Positions 10,161-18,642 of a stretch of 64,000 nucleotides of DNA are shown here, piece by piece. Origin of the DNA: an uncultured delta proteobacterium. GTDB taxonomy: Bacteria; Myxococcota_A; Polyangia; Haliangiales; Haliangiaceae. The stretch covers positions 864,001 through 928,000 of the forward strand of contig CAVUQH010000003.1 of the NCBI GenBank assembly GCA_963743525.1, in the 5' to 3' direction. The notes beneath the pieces were generated by a model that worked only from the letters and a program-made list of their open reading frames with translations, was not told the origin of the DNA and did not search any database. Position 1 is the stretch's first letter, and every line of letters starts with the position of its first letter. Position numbers and translations under genes: made by a program.

Positions 10161-11624
10161 CTAACTTTCGCGGCCGTACGACTTGCGCAACAGACCGAGC
10201 AGATCGAGTGCAGTGCCGCGCGCCAGGAACAGCGCGCTGGGGATGTAGGCGACGCCGCCGGCGACGACCTCCATGCCCAGCCGCACGAAGCGGTGCTCGA
10301 CGCCCAGCTGCTGCCAGCCCCAGCGCGCGCCGTAGACGGCGGCGACCATCGGCACGCACGCGGCCAGCGGTCCGACGAAGCCGGCGACCATGTGCGAGAA
10401 CCCGATGCCGTCGAGACGGTCGATGTACCAGACGCTGGCCAGCGCGTGCAGACCGAACGCCAGCCCGACGCCGGCGCACGCCCACGACGGTCCGCCGGCA
10501 TGGCCGAGGGCGAAGATGCCGGCGAGCAGCGCGACCACCTTGCCGCACTCGAGCCACATGATCGCCTGCGGCTTGTCGCGCACCTGCAGGTAGCTGGCGA
10601 TGGTCCAGCCGATGGGGCGGAAGATCGCCAGCGCCGACAACACCAACAGTAGCGGCGCCACGCCCTGCCACTCGGCGTTGAACAACACGTGGACCAGCGT
10701 CTCCGAGATCGCGCCGAGCCCGACCGCCAGGGGAAAGACCAGCAGCGCCAGCAGCGCGGTGCCGCGGACCAGCGACCGCTTGCGCTGCTCCTCGGTCATG
10801 TGCGCGAACGACGGCAGCAAGACGTCGCCGATGTGCTCGCCCACCTGCGTGGCCGGGATGTCGGCCAGGTTGTAGGCCAGGTTGTACATACCGGTCGGCC
10901 CCGGGCCGAAGATGCTGGCGAACACCAGATTGTCCCACCGGCGGGCGGCGAAGTGCGCCGACGTCGCCAGCGAGATCGGCAGGCCGAAGCGGAACAGGTC
11001 GCGGGTCTCGCCCTTGTGCAGCCGGTGCGGCTCGATCCACTCGCGCCACGGCGCCGCCTTGCCGAACACCAGCAGGCGCAGGGCCGAGCGGACGACGTTG
11101 GCCAGGACGATCGCCTCGCCGCCCCAGCCGGCGGCGGCCAGCCCGATCGAGGTGCCGGTGTAGAACAGCTCGCCGGCGGTGCGCCCCAGGCTGACCACGC
11201 GGAAGCGCATGTCGCGAACCAGGATCCGCTCGGGCATGTACGACAACCGGTCGAAGCAGACCGCCAGCACCAACCCGGGGACGTAGATCACCGCACCGGG
11301 CGAGCCGAACAGCGGCGTCAGCGGTTTGCGGAACAGCAGCACCACGGCGAGGGCGACGATGCCGAAGGTCAGGTGGTAGAAGCTGGCGTGGAACGCCGCC
11401 CGCCGCCCGGCCTTGGGCTTGGCAATGACGTAGTGGCCAAAGCCGAAGATCGACAGCTGGTTGGCGGTCAGCACCAGCACGCTGGCCACCGACACCTCGC
11501 CCATGATGTCCGGCGCCAGGAACCGGGTCAAAAGCAGGGTGCCGACCACGCCGATCAGCCGCGCGCCGATGCTGCTGCCGATGGTCCAGGCGGCGCCGCG
11601 CACCGCTTTCTTGGCGAGGGACAA
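10161..11624 (-). CDS. wzx: Wzx-type oligosaccharide flippase
   Basis: KKAVRGAAWT...LTRFLAP N-terminus, DNL...G.Y.LAY motif, many TM helices. Confidence 0.85.
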   Translation of the reverse strand: MSLAKKAVRGAAWTIGSSIGARLIGVVGTLLLTRFLAPDIMGEVSVASVLVLTANQLSIFGFGHYVIAKPKAGRRAAFHASFYHLTFGIVALAVVLLFRKPLTPLFGSPGAVIYVPGLVLAVCFDRLSYMPERILVRDMRFRVVSLGRTAGELFYTGTSIGLAAAGWGGEAIVLANVVRSALRLLVFGKAAPWREWIEPHRLHKGETRDLFRFGLPISLATSAHFAARRWDNLVFASIFGPGPTGMYNLAYNLADIPATQVGEHIGDVLLPSFAHMTEEQRKRSLVRGTALLALLVFPLAVGLGAISETLVHVLFNAEWQGVAPLLLVLSALAIFRPIGWTIASYLQVRDKPQAIMWLECGKVVALLAGIFALGHAGGPSWACAGVGLAFGLHALASVWYIDRLDGIGFSHMVAGFVGPLAACVPMVAAVYGARWGWQQLGVEHRFVRLGMEVVAGGVAYIPSALFLARGTALDLLGLLRKSYGRES

Positions 11625-11670
11625 GCGGTCCGTTTATCTCACGCCGTTCGGCCCTGTCCAGTACCGGCGG

Positions 11671-12276
11671 CTACGGTACGTGGATCGAGTCGCCGGCCAG
11701 GAGCACCAGGTTCATCTCCGGTCGCTGGCCGTTGGCGATCAGCCCGTAGGCGATCGGGATCTCGCGGACGGTGCCGGACTTGGGATCCCGGCGCTGGATG
11801 ACGATCTGGTTTCGCTTGGCGAATCGGGTGAATCCCCCGGCCAGGGCGATCGCCTCCGACAGCGTGGTGTAGTGGGTCGCCTGGAATACTCCCGGCCGGA
11901 CCACCTCGCCGGAGACGGTGAAGCTGTAGCTGTTGATGGCGGTGACGGAAACCGTGACCGCGGTTCCTTCCAGCTTGACGAAGTCCTGGAGCCGTTTTTC
12001 GATCTCGGACTTGAGCTGGCTGGGGGTCTTGCCCGCGGCCCGCATGTCGCCGATCAGCGGCATGGTGACGGTCCCGTCGGGCCGGATGACCATGCGCGCC
12101 GACAGATCCGGGTTCTTCCACACATTGACCTGGAGCTCGTCCGCGATGCCCAGGACGTACTCGCTCTTGCGCGGATCCGGCTCCTGCGCATAGTCGTAGC
12201 TGGGGATTTTGGGACCACAGCCCCAGGCGGTGGCCAGGGCGAGGGCGAGACTGATTCCAACCAGGTAGCGTTTCAT
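11671..12276 (-). CDS. Polysaccharide export OPX (Wza-like) lipoprotein, short form (Poly_export + SLBB)
   Basis: YVLG..DELQVNVW, IRPDGTVTMPLIGD, VSGEVVRPG, AIALAGG; ends at GDSIHVP; lipobox AWGC. Confidence 0.88.
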   Translation of the reverse strand: MKRYLVGISLALALATAWGCGPKIPSYDYAQEPDPRKSEYVLGIADELQVNVWKNPDLSARMVIRPDGTVTMPLIGDMRAAGKTPSQLKSEIEKRLQDFVKLEGTAVTVSVTAINSYSFTVSGEVVRPGVFQATHYTTLSEAIALAGGFTRFAKRNQIVIQRRDPKSGTVREIPIAYGLIANGQRPEMNLVLLAGDSIHVP

Positions 12277-12316
12277 GTCGGGCCGCTCTTGCGCGCTACT
12301 ATAGTCCCGCCCGCCC

Positions 12317-13699
12317 ATGTTTGCCATTCCCGGCACCATCGCTCTGATCGCCTTCATCTACGTGCGCCCGCAAGAGGTGTTCACGGGGCTGCAGCGTCTG
12401 CCGCTGCTGTACATGTTCTTCGCCCTGGCGATCTTCGGGCTGATCGTGGACCTGCGGCTGCGCGTGAGCCGGCCTCGGCTGGTGCCGCAGATGCCCTGGG
12501 TGATCGGCCTGTATCTGTGGAGCCTGCTGACCGTGGCGCTCAACGCGCCGCAGGTGCTGACCGACCGGGCGATCGAGATCGCAATCCCGGTGATCCTGTT
12601 CGTGGTCATCGCCCACAGCGTGCAGTCGTTTCGCATGCTGCAGGTGGTCGCCGCGGCCTTGCTGGCGCTGGTGATCTTCCTCGCCGCGCTCGGTGTGCAA
12701 CAGGGCAACGCCGACTGGGGTTGTGTGCAGCTCGATCCATCCGGCCCGTCGGATCTGTCGAGCGGTCACTTCGACGGACGCTCGTGCCAGACCGATCGGA
12801 TGTGCTACGGCGGCGACGCGGCACCGGGTGCTGACTACGCGTGCGAACGGATCGGCATGCTCGGCACCACCTCGGTCGGTCACGGCCGCGTGCGCTACCG
12901 CGGTGTGCTCCAGGATCCCAACGAGCTGGCGCTGACCATCGGTCTGGGCCTGGCGCTGATGCTGGCCTTCTTCGACCGCAAGAAGAGCGGGTCGCGCGTC
13001 GTGATCATGGTCTTCACCTTCGTGCTGGTGTTGACCTGCGTGATGTACACCGAGTCGCGCGGCGGGCAGCTGGTGTTCCTCACTGTCATCGGCGCCTACT
13101 TCGTGCGCCGCTACGGATGGCGCGGCGCGGTCGCCGGCATGTTGGTCGCGCTGCCGGTGCTCATGCTGGCCGGCAGCGGCGCGCGCCACGACGCCACCAG
13201 CTCGACCGACGAACGGATGGAGACGCTGTACACCGGCATCGACATCTTCCGCTCGTCACCGCTGTACGGAGTCGGCGAGGGCCAGTTCACCGAATACAAC
13301 TACCTGACCGCGCACAACTCGTATGTGCTCGCTGCGGCCGAGCTGGGCATCGTCGGCTTCTTCCTGTTCGCCAGCGTCCTGTACATCTCGATCAAGATCC
13401 CGATCGAGGCGCTGCGCCGCTACGCCGGCCGGCCCGACGCCGCGGTCGCCGCCACCTGGGCCATGGCGCTGCTGGCGCTGCTTGCCGGACTCTACGTCGG
13501 CTCGTTCTTCCTGTCGTTCACCTGGCACCACGTGCTGTGGATCCACCTGGGTCTGTCCGGAGCCCTGTACTCGGCCATCCGCACCCACGACCCGGAGTTC
13601 ACCGTCCGCTACGGCGCCCTCGACATGGTCGGCGTCGGCGCCTTCTGCGTGATCCTCTTGCCGTTCCTGTTCGTCTACCTGCGCCTCAAAGGCGTCTAG
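12317..13699 (+). CDS. O-antigen ligase/Wzy-family polymerase
   Basis: DPNELAL, TESRGG, SPLYGVG and AHNSY...AELG motifs; multi-TM. Confidence 0.85.
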   Translation: MFAIPGTIALIAFIYVRPQEVFTGLQRLPLLYMFFALAIFGLIVDLRLRVSRPRLVPQMPWVIGLYLWSLLTVALNAPQVLTDRAIEIAIPVILFVVIAHSVQSFRMLQVVAAALLALVIFLAALGVQQGNADWGCVQLDPSGPSDLSSGHFDGRSCQTDRMCYGGDAAPGADYACERIGMLGTTSVGHGRVRYRGVLQDPNELALTIGLGLALMLAFFDRKKSGSRVVIMVFTFVLVLTCVMYTESRGGQLVFLTVIGAYFVRRYGWRGAVAGMLVALPVLMLAGSGARHDATSSTDERMETLYTGIDIFRSSPLYGVGEGQFTEYNYLTAHNSYVLAAAELGIVGFFLFASVLYISIKIPIEALRRYAGRPDAAVAATWAMALLALLAGLYVGSFFLSFTWHHVLWIHLGLSGALYSAIRTHDPEFTVRYGALDMVGVGAFCVILLPFLFVYLRLKGV

Positions 13700-16500
13700 T
13701 GGAAGTGCCAGCGCCCTTCGGCGTGGTCGATGATCTGCGTCGTCGTCCACGGCATGACGAAGTACTGGTTCACCGACCAGTAGTCGTCCATCAGGTCGCG
13801 GAAGTGGCCGGAGCCGCGGTCGTAGATGTCGCCGCCGGGCAGGGCGATGTGGGTTACCGGCCCGTCGGTGCCGAGCTCGGTGACGTGGCGCATGGCCGGG
13901 CCGTGGCCGTAGGTGAAGTCGGTGTCGCTGTAGCCGGGTGACGCCGCGTCGACCGAGAACTGATCGCCGTGGCGCGGGTAGCCGCCGGCCAGGTCGGGGT
14001 TCGGCTCGCCCGGCGGCGGCACGCTGAGCTCGTCGGCGGGAACCAGCGCGGCCAGGGTGAGGCGGTGGACCTTGCCCCAGCGCCAGTCGTTGGGGTCCGC
14101 CGAGCCGAAGCCGCTCGAGCCAGTCAGCCAGGCGCGCGTGCGCACCAGCGCCATCACCGCTTCGAGCCGGCAGCTCTCGACGGTGCCGGCCGTGCGCATG
14201 TCGTCGCACAGGAGCGGCTCGCCGGTCTGGGTGGCCAGGCCGGTCTTCAGCTGGTCGGGGTGGACGAAGACCGCGTAGGCGGCCGACGCCAGCCAGGTTC
14301 CGGCGCTGTAGCCGAGCACGCTGGCCTCGTCGCCGAACAGGCCCGGCAACAGCTCGACCATCCAGTCGTTGAACAGCGACGTGGCGGCGCTGTCGGTCAG
14401 CTCCGTTTGCGTCGGGTTGCCCGTCGACCGCGGCCGGGGTCTCGTAAGCTCCACGACGACAGCAGCGCGTGCGCGGTGAGCCAGGAAGCTGTCATCGGCG
14501 GCGGTCAGGCCGGCGGCGAAGCTCTGCAGATCGGGGTAGGTACCCGGCGTCTGCCGCTCGGTCTGCAGCGCCTCGATCGCGGCCAGAAGGTGCGGCGCCA
14601 GCGCCGAGCCCATGTTGGAGTAGGTGTCGGCCTGGATCGACATCATGTCGTCGGCAGTGATGGGCCGCTTGGCGTCGACCACCTCCTGGATGCGCCGGGT
14701 GATGCGGCCGACGCGCCAGCCGGGATCGTAATCTTTGGCGCCGACGTAGTAGAGATGGTCCTCGACGGTCGGCTGGTTGAGCGGATTGCCGTCGGCGGTG
14801 GCGCCGATCGGATCGTTGTTGGCGGTGGCCAGGAATCCCTTGGCCGGGTCGACGGCGAACGGCACGTCGTCGGTGGAGAAGAAGCCGTCCCACTCGCAGG
14901 TGCCGTCGCCGGGCACCACCCACCACGGCGCGACTCCTTCGGGCGCGCTGTCGGGATCGAAGCCGAAGCAGCCGGCGGTGCGCCGGGGCAGCAGCGCGTG
15001 CGAGGTCCAGCCGATGTGGCCGGCGTCGTCGGCGAAGACCCAGTTCTGGCCGCCGAAGCCGAAGTCGTCCATCGCCCGGATCCCCTCGTCCACGCTGCCG
15101 GCGGTCCACAGGCGGTAGAAGCTGCGCAGCTCGTGGGTCACCTGATAGCCGGTGTAGCGGACCGAGATCGCCTGGTTGCCGGTGCGCGGCGCCAGGTCGT
15201 GGTCGACGATCGCCGGCACGATCGGCCCGTGGTGCGGCACCCGCTCGTAGGTCACGGTCTTCTGATCGGTGATCGTCCCCAGCGCGCCGATCTTGATCGT
15301 CTCCTGCCAGCTGTCGATCGGCACCTGCCCACCGTCGTAGCTGACGCAGTCGCCGCCGCCGCTGGTGCACGGCGCGACGTCCTCGAGATAGAAGTCGGTG
15401 ACGTCGTGGTTGACCGTGGTCGCGCCCCAGGCCAGGTGCTGGTTGTGGCCGAGGATCACGCCGGGGATGCCGGGGAAGGTGATGCCCTCGACGTCGACCC
15501 GATCGGGCACGGTCAGGTGGACCAGGTAGAAGATCGACGGGCTCGACAGCTGCAGGTGCGGGTCGTTCGACATGATCGCCTGTCCGCCGGCGATCGACGG
15601 CCCGGCAACCCAGTTGTTGGAGCCGTTGTCCGGGTGGTGCAAGAGGTAGTTGCCGACCTTCTTGCGCGCCAACGTGTGGGCGACCTGGGCCAGGAGCTGG
15701 GCCGGCACGTGCGGTCGCCGCGGTCCGGTGCGTCGCGCCGTCGCGCCGGGCGGAAAGCCGTCGATGGTCGAGGTGGTGTCCATCGGCTGGAACGGGAACA
15801 GATCGAAGCCGATGCCGGCGCGCGCCGCCCGCTCGGGATAGGTGCCGGCGTCGGCCCGATCGAAGCGGTCGAAGGCGCGCTGCCAGTCGCGGGTGTAGCC
15901 GATCTCGCCGTCCTCGTACGACAGCGACCAGGCCTGCAGCCGGCCGATGGCCAGCGAATCGACCGGCGTCCACGGCGCCGCGCGGGTGGCGTCGAACCAC
16001 ACCGCCACCGCCGGGTCGAGCTCGTGCTCGCCGTTCGCCAGCTCGCCGAGGTACTGGTTGACGCCGTCGGAGAAGCGCTCGAGGAACGTCACCATCTCCT
16101 GGTCGCGCGGATCGGTCGACGCCTGCAGCTCGGCCCATCCCTCCTCGGCCAGCGGCCGCATCCGGTGCATGCGCATCTCCAGGTCGGTGTCGATCTGCGA
16201 CGCGTCCAGGGCGCCAAACAGCTCGGCGATGGTGGCGCTGGCGAAGTGGCGGAACAGATCCATCTGCGGCAACCGGTCGGCGGCCATGACGTAGCCGTGG
16301 ACGAACGCCAGGTCGTCCATGGTGGTGGCGTAGATGTGCGGGACGCCGTACTCGTCGCGGACCACGTCGGCCGGGCCGTCGAGGCCGTCGATGCGGATCT
16401 CCTGATCGGCGGGGATGCCGTCGAACGGACCGCGGTTCTTCTGGTTGTCTCCGCAGGCGCAGAGCAGGCAGACCAGGCCGAGCAGGCAGCGAGTGCGCAT
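13696..16500 (-). CDS. Penicillin acylase family (S45) Ntn-hydrolase lipoprotein
   Basis: RDEYGVPHIYA, GSNNW, NDPHL, ATANND and WRWGKVH motifs; a short segment at about 14420-14480 appears out of frame (compensated insertions). Confidence 0.9.
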   Translation of the reverse strand: MRTRCLLGLVCLLCACGDNQKNRGPFDGIPADQEIRIDGLDGPADVVRDEYGVPHIYATTMDDLAFVHGYVMAADRLPQMDLFRHFASATIAELFGALDASQIDTDLEMRMHRMRPLAEEGWAELQASTDPRDQEMVTFLERFSDGVNQYLGELANGEHELDPAVAVWFDATRAAPWTPVDSLAIGRLQAWSLSYEDGEIGYTRDWQRAFDRFDRADAGTYPERAARAGIGFDLFPFQPMDTTSTIDGFPPGATARRTGPRRPHVPAQLLAQVAHTLARKKVGNYLLHHPDNGSNNWVAGPSIAGGQAIMSNDPHLQLSSPSIFYLVHLTVPDRVDVEGITFPGIPGVILGHNQHLAWGATTVNHDVTDFYLEDVAPCTSGGGDCVSYDGGQVPIDSWQETIKIGALGTITDQKTVTYERVPHHGPIVPAIVDHDLAPRTGNQAISVRYTGYQVTHELRSFYRLWTAGSVDEGIRAMDDFGFGGQNWVFADDAGHIGWTSHALLPRRTAGCFGFDPDSAPEGVAPWWVVPGDGTCEWDGFFSTDDVPFAVDPAKGFLATANNDPIGATADGNPLNQPTVEDHLYYVGAKDYDPGWRVGRITRRIQEVVDAKRPITADDMMSIQADTYSNMGSALAPHLLAAIEALQTERQTPGTYPDLQSFAAGLTAADDSFLAHRARAAVVVELTRPRPRSTGNPTQTELTDSAATSLFNDWMVELLPGLFGDEASVLGYSAGTWLASAAYAVFVHPDQLKTGLATQTGEPLLCDDMRTAGTVESCRLEAVMALVRTRAWLTGSSGFGSADPNDWRWGKVHRLTLAALVPADELSVPPPGEPNPDLAGGYPRHGDQFSVDAASPGYSDTDFTYGHGPAMRHVTELGTDGPVTHIALPGGDIYDRGSGHFRDLMDDYWSVNQYFVMPWTTTQIIDHAEGRWHFH

Positions 16501-16565
16501 GCCCGGAAGGCTAGTTCATCGCATCGGCCGGCGGAAGAGCCGTCAGCGCCGGCGTAACCCTGGTT

Positions 16566-17511
16566 CTACAAGGTGCCGGAGTCGCAGATGACGCCGAACT
16601 GGCTGCCCCGCGCCGGGTAGCGGTACATGGTACCGAAGCACATCTCGTCCAGGGTCGAGTCGCCGAACGACACCGTCTGGCCGGTGGTGTTGTCGTAGCT
16701 GCAGTAGACGTCAACCTCGTCGCCCTGCTTCATCTGCACCATCGGGTCGAGCGGGTAGATCGCCTGGTTCTCGAAGTTGTAGTCGCCGTCGTGCACGGTG
16801 ACGTCGCCTTCGAATCGAGCTCTTGGCCACCACCTTCATGTGCGTGCCCAGTTGATGCATGTGCGGGTTGACGGCGAACAGGGTGACGTCTCCGTTCATC
16901 ACGCAGCGGCCGGTCTGGGTGCTCTGGCCGGGCGGGATGTGCAGGTTGAAGACGTTGCCCATCAGCACCACCTCGGCCTCGTGCTCGACCTGGTCGGCGG
17001 GGATGGTCTTGATCTCGGTGCCGGAGGTGCCGGTCAGCTCGCTGTCGCCGATGTTGAACAGGTGCAGGTTGAGCAGCAGCTGCTGTCCCTTGGACACCTT
17101 GACCGCGACGCCGGGGGGGAAGGCGATGGGATTGGTGCCGACGCCGGAGCCGAAGATCGCGCCGTCGCCCAGGGTGTTGGCGGTGCAGTCGAACTCGCCG
17201 TCGGGGCCGCCGGCCGAGTCGGTCGCCAGCACGGTGTGGTGGGTGCCCAGCGGGATGACCGCGCGGAACTGGCTGATGTACATGTCCTCGGGGACGGTGG
17301 CGCGCACGCAGCGATATCCCTCACTGCCCGCAGGAATCGACCAGCTGCCCTCGATCAGGGTCTGCCAGCCGTCGCCGCTCCCGCCGGCATCCGCAGTGCC
17401 GCCGCCGCCGCCACCGTCCGCGCCGGGCTCTCCAGCGGGGTAAGAGTTGCCACAGCCCGGGGTGTAAATGCCCAAAACAACGAGACAAAGTAGCGGACGC
17501 ACGGCTCGCAT
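16566..17511 (-). CDS. Copper type II ascorbate-dependent monooxygenase-like (PHM/DBH) lipoprotein, frameshifted near 16814
   Basis: GTHH and LNLH (CuH site), PHMH and EMC (CuM site). Removing one T near 16814 joins ORFs 16711..17526 and 16566..16796. Confidence 0.8.
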
Positions 17512-17603
17512 TGGATCCCTCCTCACGCCCGCGAAGTATGGCCCGCGGGTCCGTGCCGCCTCAATCGAAAACTGAGGCGCGCGTCAGCTATTTCGGACAG
17601 GCA

Positions 17604-17641
17604 TTGACAGCTGTAGTAGCGCTACTACACCATAGTGTAGT
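17604..17641 (+). promoter_or_regulatory. TTGACA -35 element with overlapping palindromic operator (BlaI/MecI/CopY-like)
   Basis: TTGACA 17604-17609; GACA-GC-TGTA box; perfect 18-bp palindrome TGTAGTAGCGCTACTACA at 17612-17629; -10 element not clear. Confidence 0.7.
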
Positions 17642-17678
17642 TGATCCCATGACCCAAAACCGACCATCATTCCGACCC

Positions 17679-18503
17679 ATGAGAATCACATCCAGCTTGA
17701 TGCTGGGCGCCGCCCTCGCGCTGGCTGCCTCGGCATGTACCAAAGACGACAAGGGGCTCGAGGCTCACTTGAAGAGCATCGATTCCCAGCTCAAAGACAT
17801 CAAGGGCGACCTCGCCGAGCTGAAGAAGGGCGGCATCGCGCGCGGTGCTGCTGGCGCGGCGGCTCGTCCGACCCGGCCCCCCGGTCCCGATGCCCAGGCG
17901 GTCTACGCGGCGCCCATCGAAGGCGCGGCGTTCCTCGGCGCACCCAACGCCAAGGTAACGATCGTCGAGGGCTTCGACTTTGCTTGACCGTTCTGCCTGA
18001 GGGTCCGTGAGACCGTCCACCAGCTGTTGAAGGATTACCAGGGCGACATCAAGGTCGTCTACAAGAACCTCATCGTTCACCCCGGTAGCGCAACGATACC
18101 GGCGGAAGCCGCGTGTGCCGCGCATCAGCAAGGCAAGTTCGCGGAGATGGAAGACCTGATCTGGAAGAAGGGCTACCAGGATGGCCGCAACCTGTCCAAG
18201 GACCGCATGACCGAGCTCGCCAAAGAGGTGGGGCTCAACATGTCGAAGTTCGCCGCGGACATGGATGGCCAGTGCAAGAAGATCGTCGCGCAGGACGCGA
18301 ACGACATGCGCAAGATCGGTGCGCGCGGCACGCCTGCCTTCTTCATCAACGGTCGCTTCCTGTCTGGTGCTCGACCGATCGATCAGTTCAAGACGCTGAT
18401 CGACGAGGAGCTCAAGAAGGCGAACGACCGCATCGCCAAGGGCACCAAGGTCGAGGACTACTACAAGACCTGGGTGCTGGACAAAGGCAAGAAGAGCTTG
18501 TAG
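17679..18503 (+). CDS. DsbA/thioredoxin-fold lipoprotein, probable selenoprotein (UxxC; UGA at 17985-17987)
   Basis: ORFs 17511..17987 and 18027..18503 are in one frame, separated only by TGA: GFDFA-U-PFC aligns with GFDFA-C-PFC of the adjacent paralog. cis-Pro motif GTPAFFING; lipobox ASAC. Confidence 0.85.
17997..18023 (+). promoter_or_regulatory. Candidate bacterial SECIS element
   Basis: Hairpin GGTC-CGTGA-GACC (18002-18014) with outer CTG/CAG pairing; apical loop begins 18 nt after the UGA and has G at position 2 followed by U; not present in the Cys paralog. Confidence 0.6.
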
Positions 18504-18527
18504 CCACCCCTTCCAACCTTCGTTTGC

Positions 18528-18566
18528 GGGAAGCCGCGCCCATGTCGGGTGCGGCTTCTCGTTTTT
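18528..18566 (+). terminator. Rho-independent terminator between the two DsbA-like genes
   Basis: GAAGCCGCGCCC-ATGTC-GGGTGCGGCTTC followed by TCGTTTTT. Confidence 0.8.
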
Positions 18567-18578
18567 CGGATCGCGAAA

Positions 18579-18612
18579 ACTAGATTTGTAGTAATGTTAC
18601 TACATCTGTAGT
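18579..18612 (+). promoter_or_regulatory. Tandem BlaI/MecI/CopY-like operator
   Basis: ACTAGATTTGTAGT (18579-18592) and ACTACATCTGTAGT (18599-18612); the core TGTAGTA-N4-TACTACA is shared with 17612-17629. Confidence 0.7.
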
Positions 18613-18642
18613 CTATACCCGCAGCAGGAGATGAATTCCCCC

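Noticed and set aside
13969..16557. Long antisense and alternative-frame ORFs (also 891..2930, 3523..5298, 25783..27837, 33981..35996, 46591..49128, 50846..53065)
   Set aside because: These are shadow ORFs expected at high GC. They overlap well-supported genes and translate to Arg/Ala/Gly-rich sequence with no motifs.
17511..18503. Pseudogene or two separate small genes
   Set aside because: The only interruption is a TGA at the catalytic Cys position with a SECIS-like hairpin. Both halves are intact and the second half has no convincing start.
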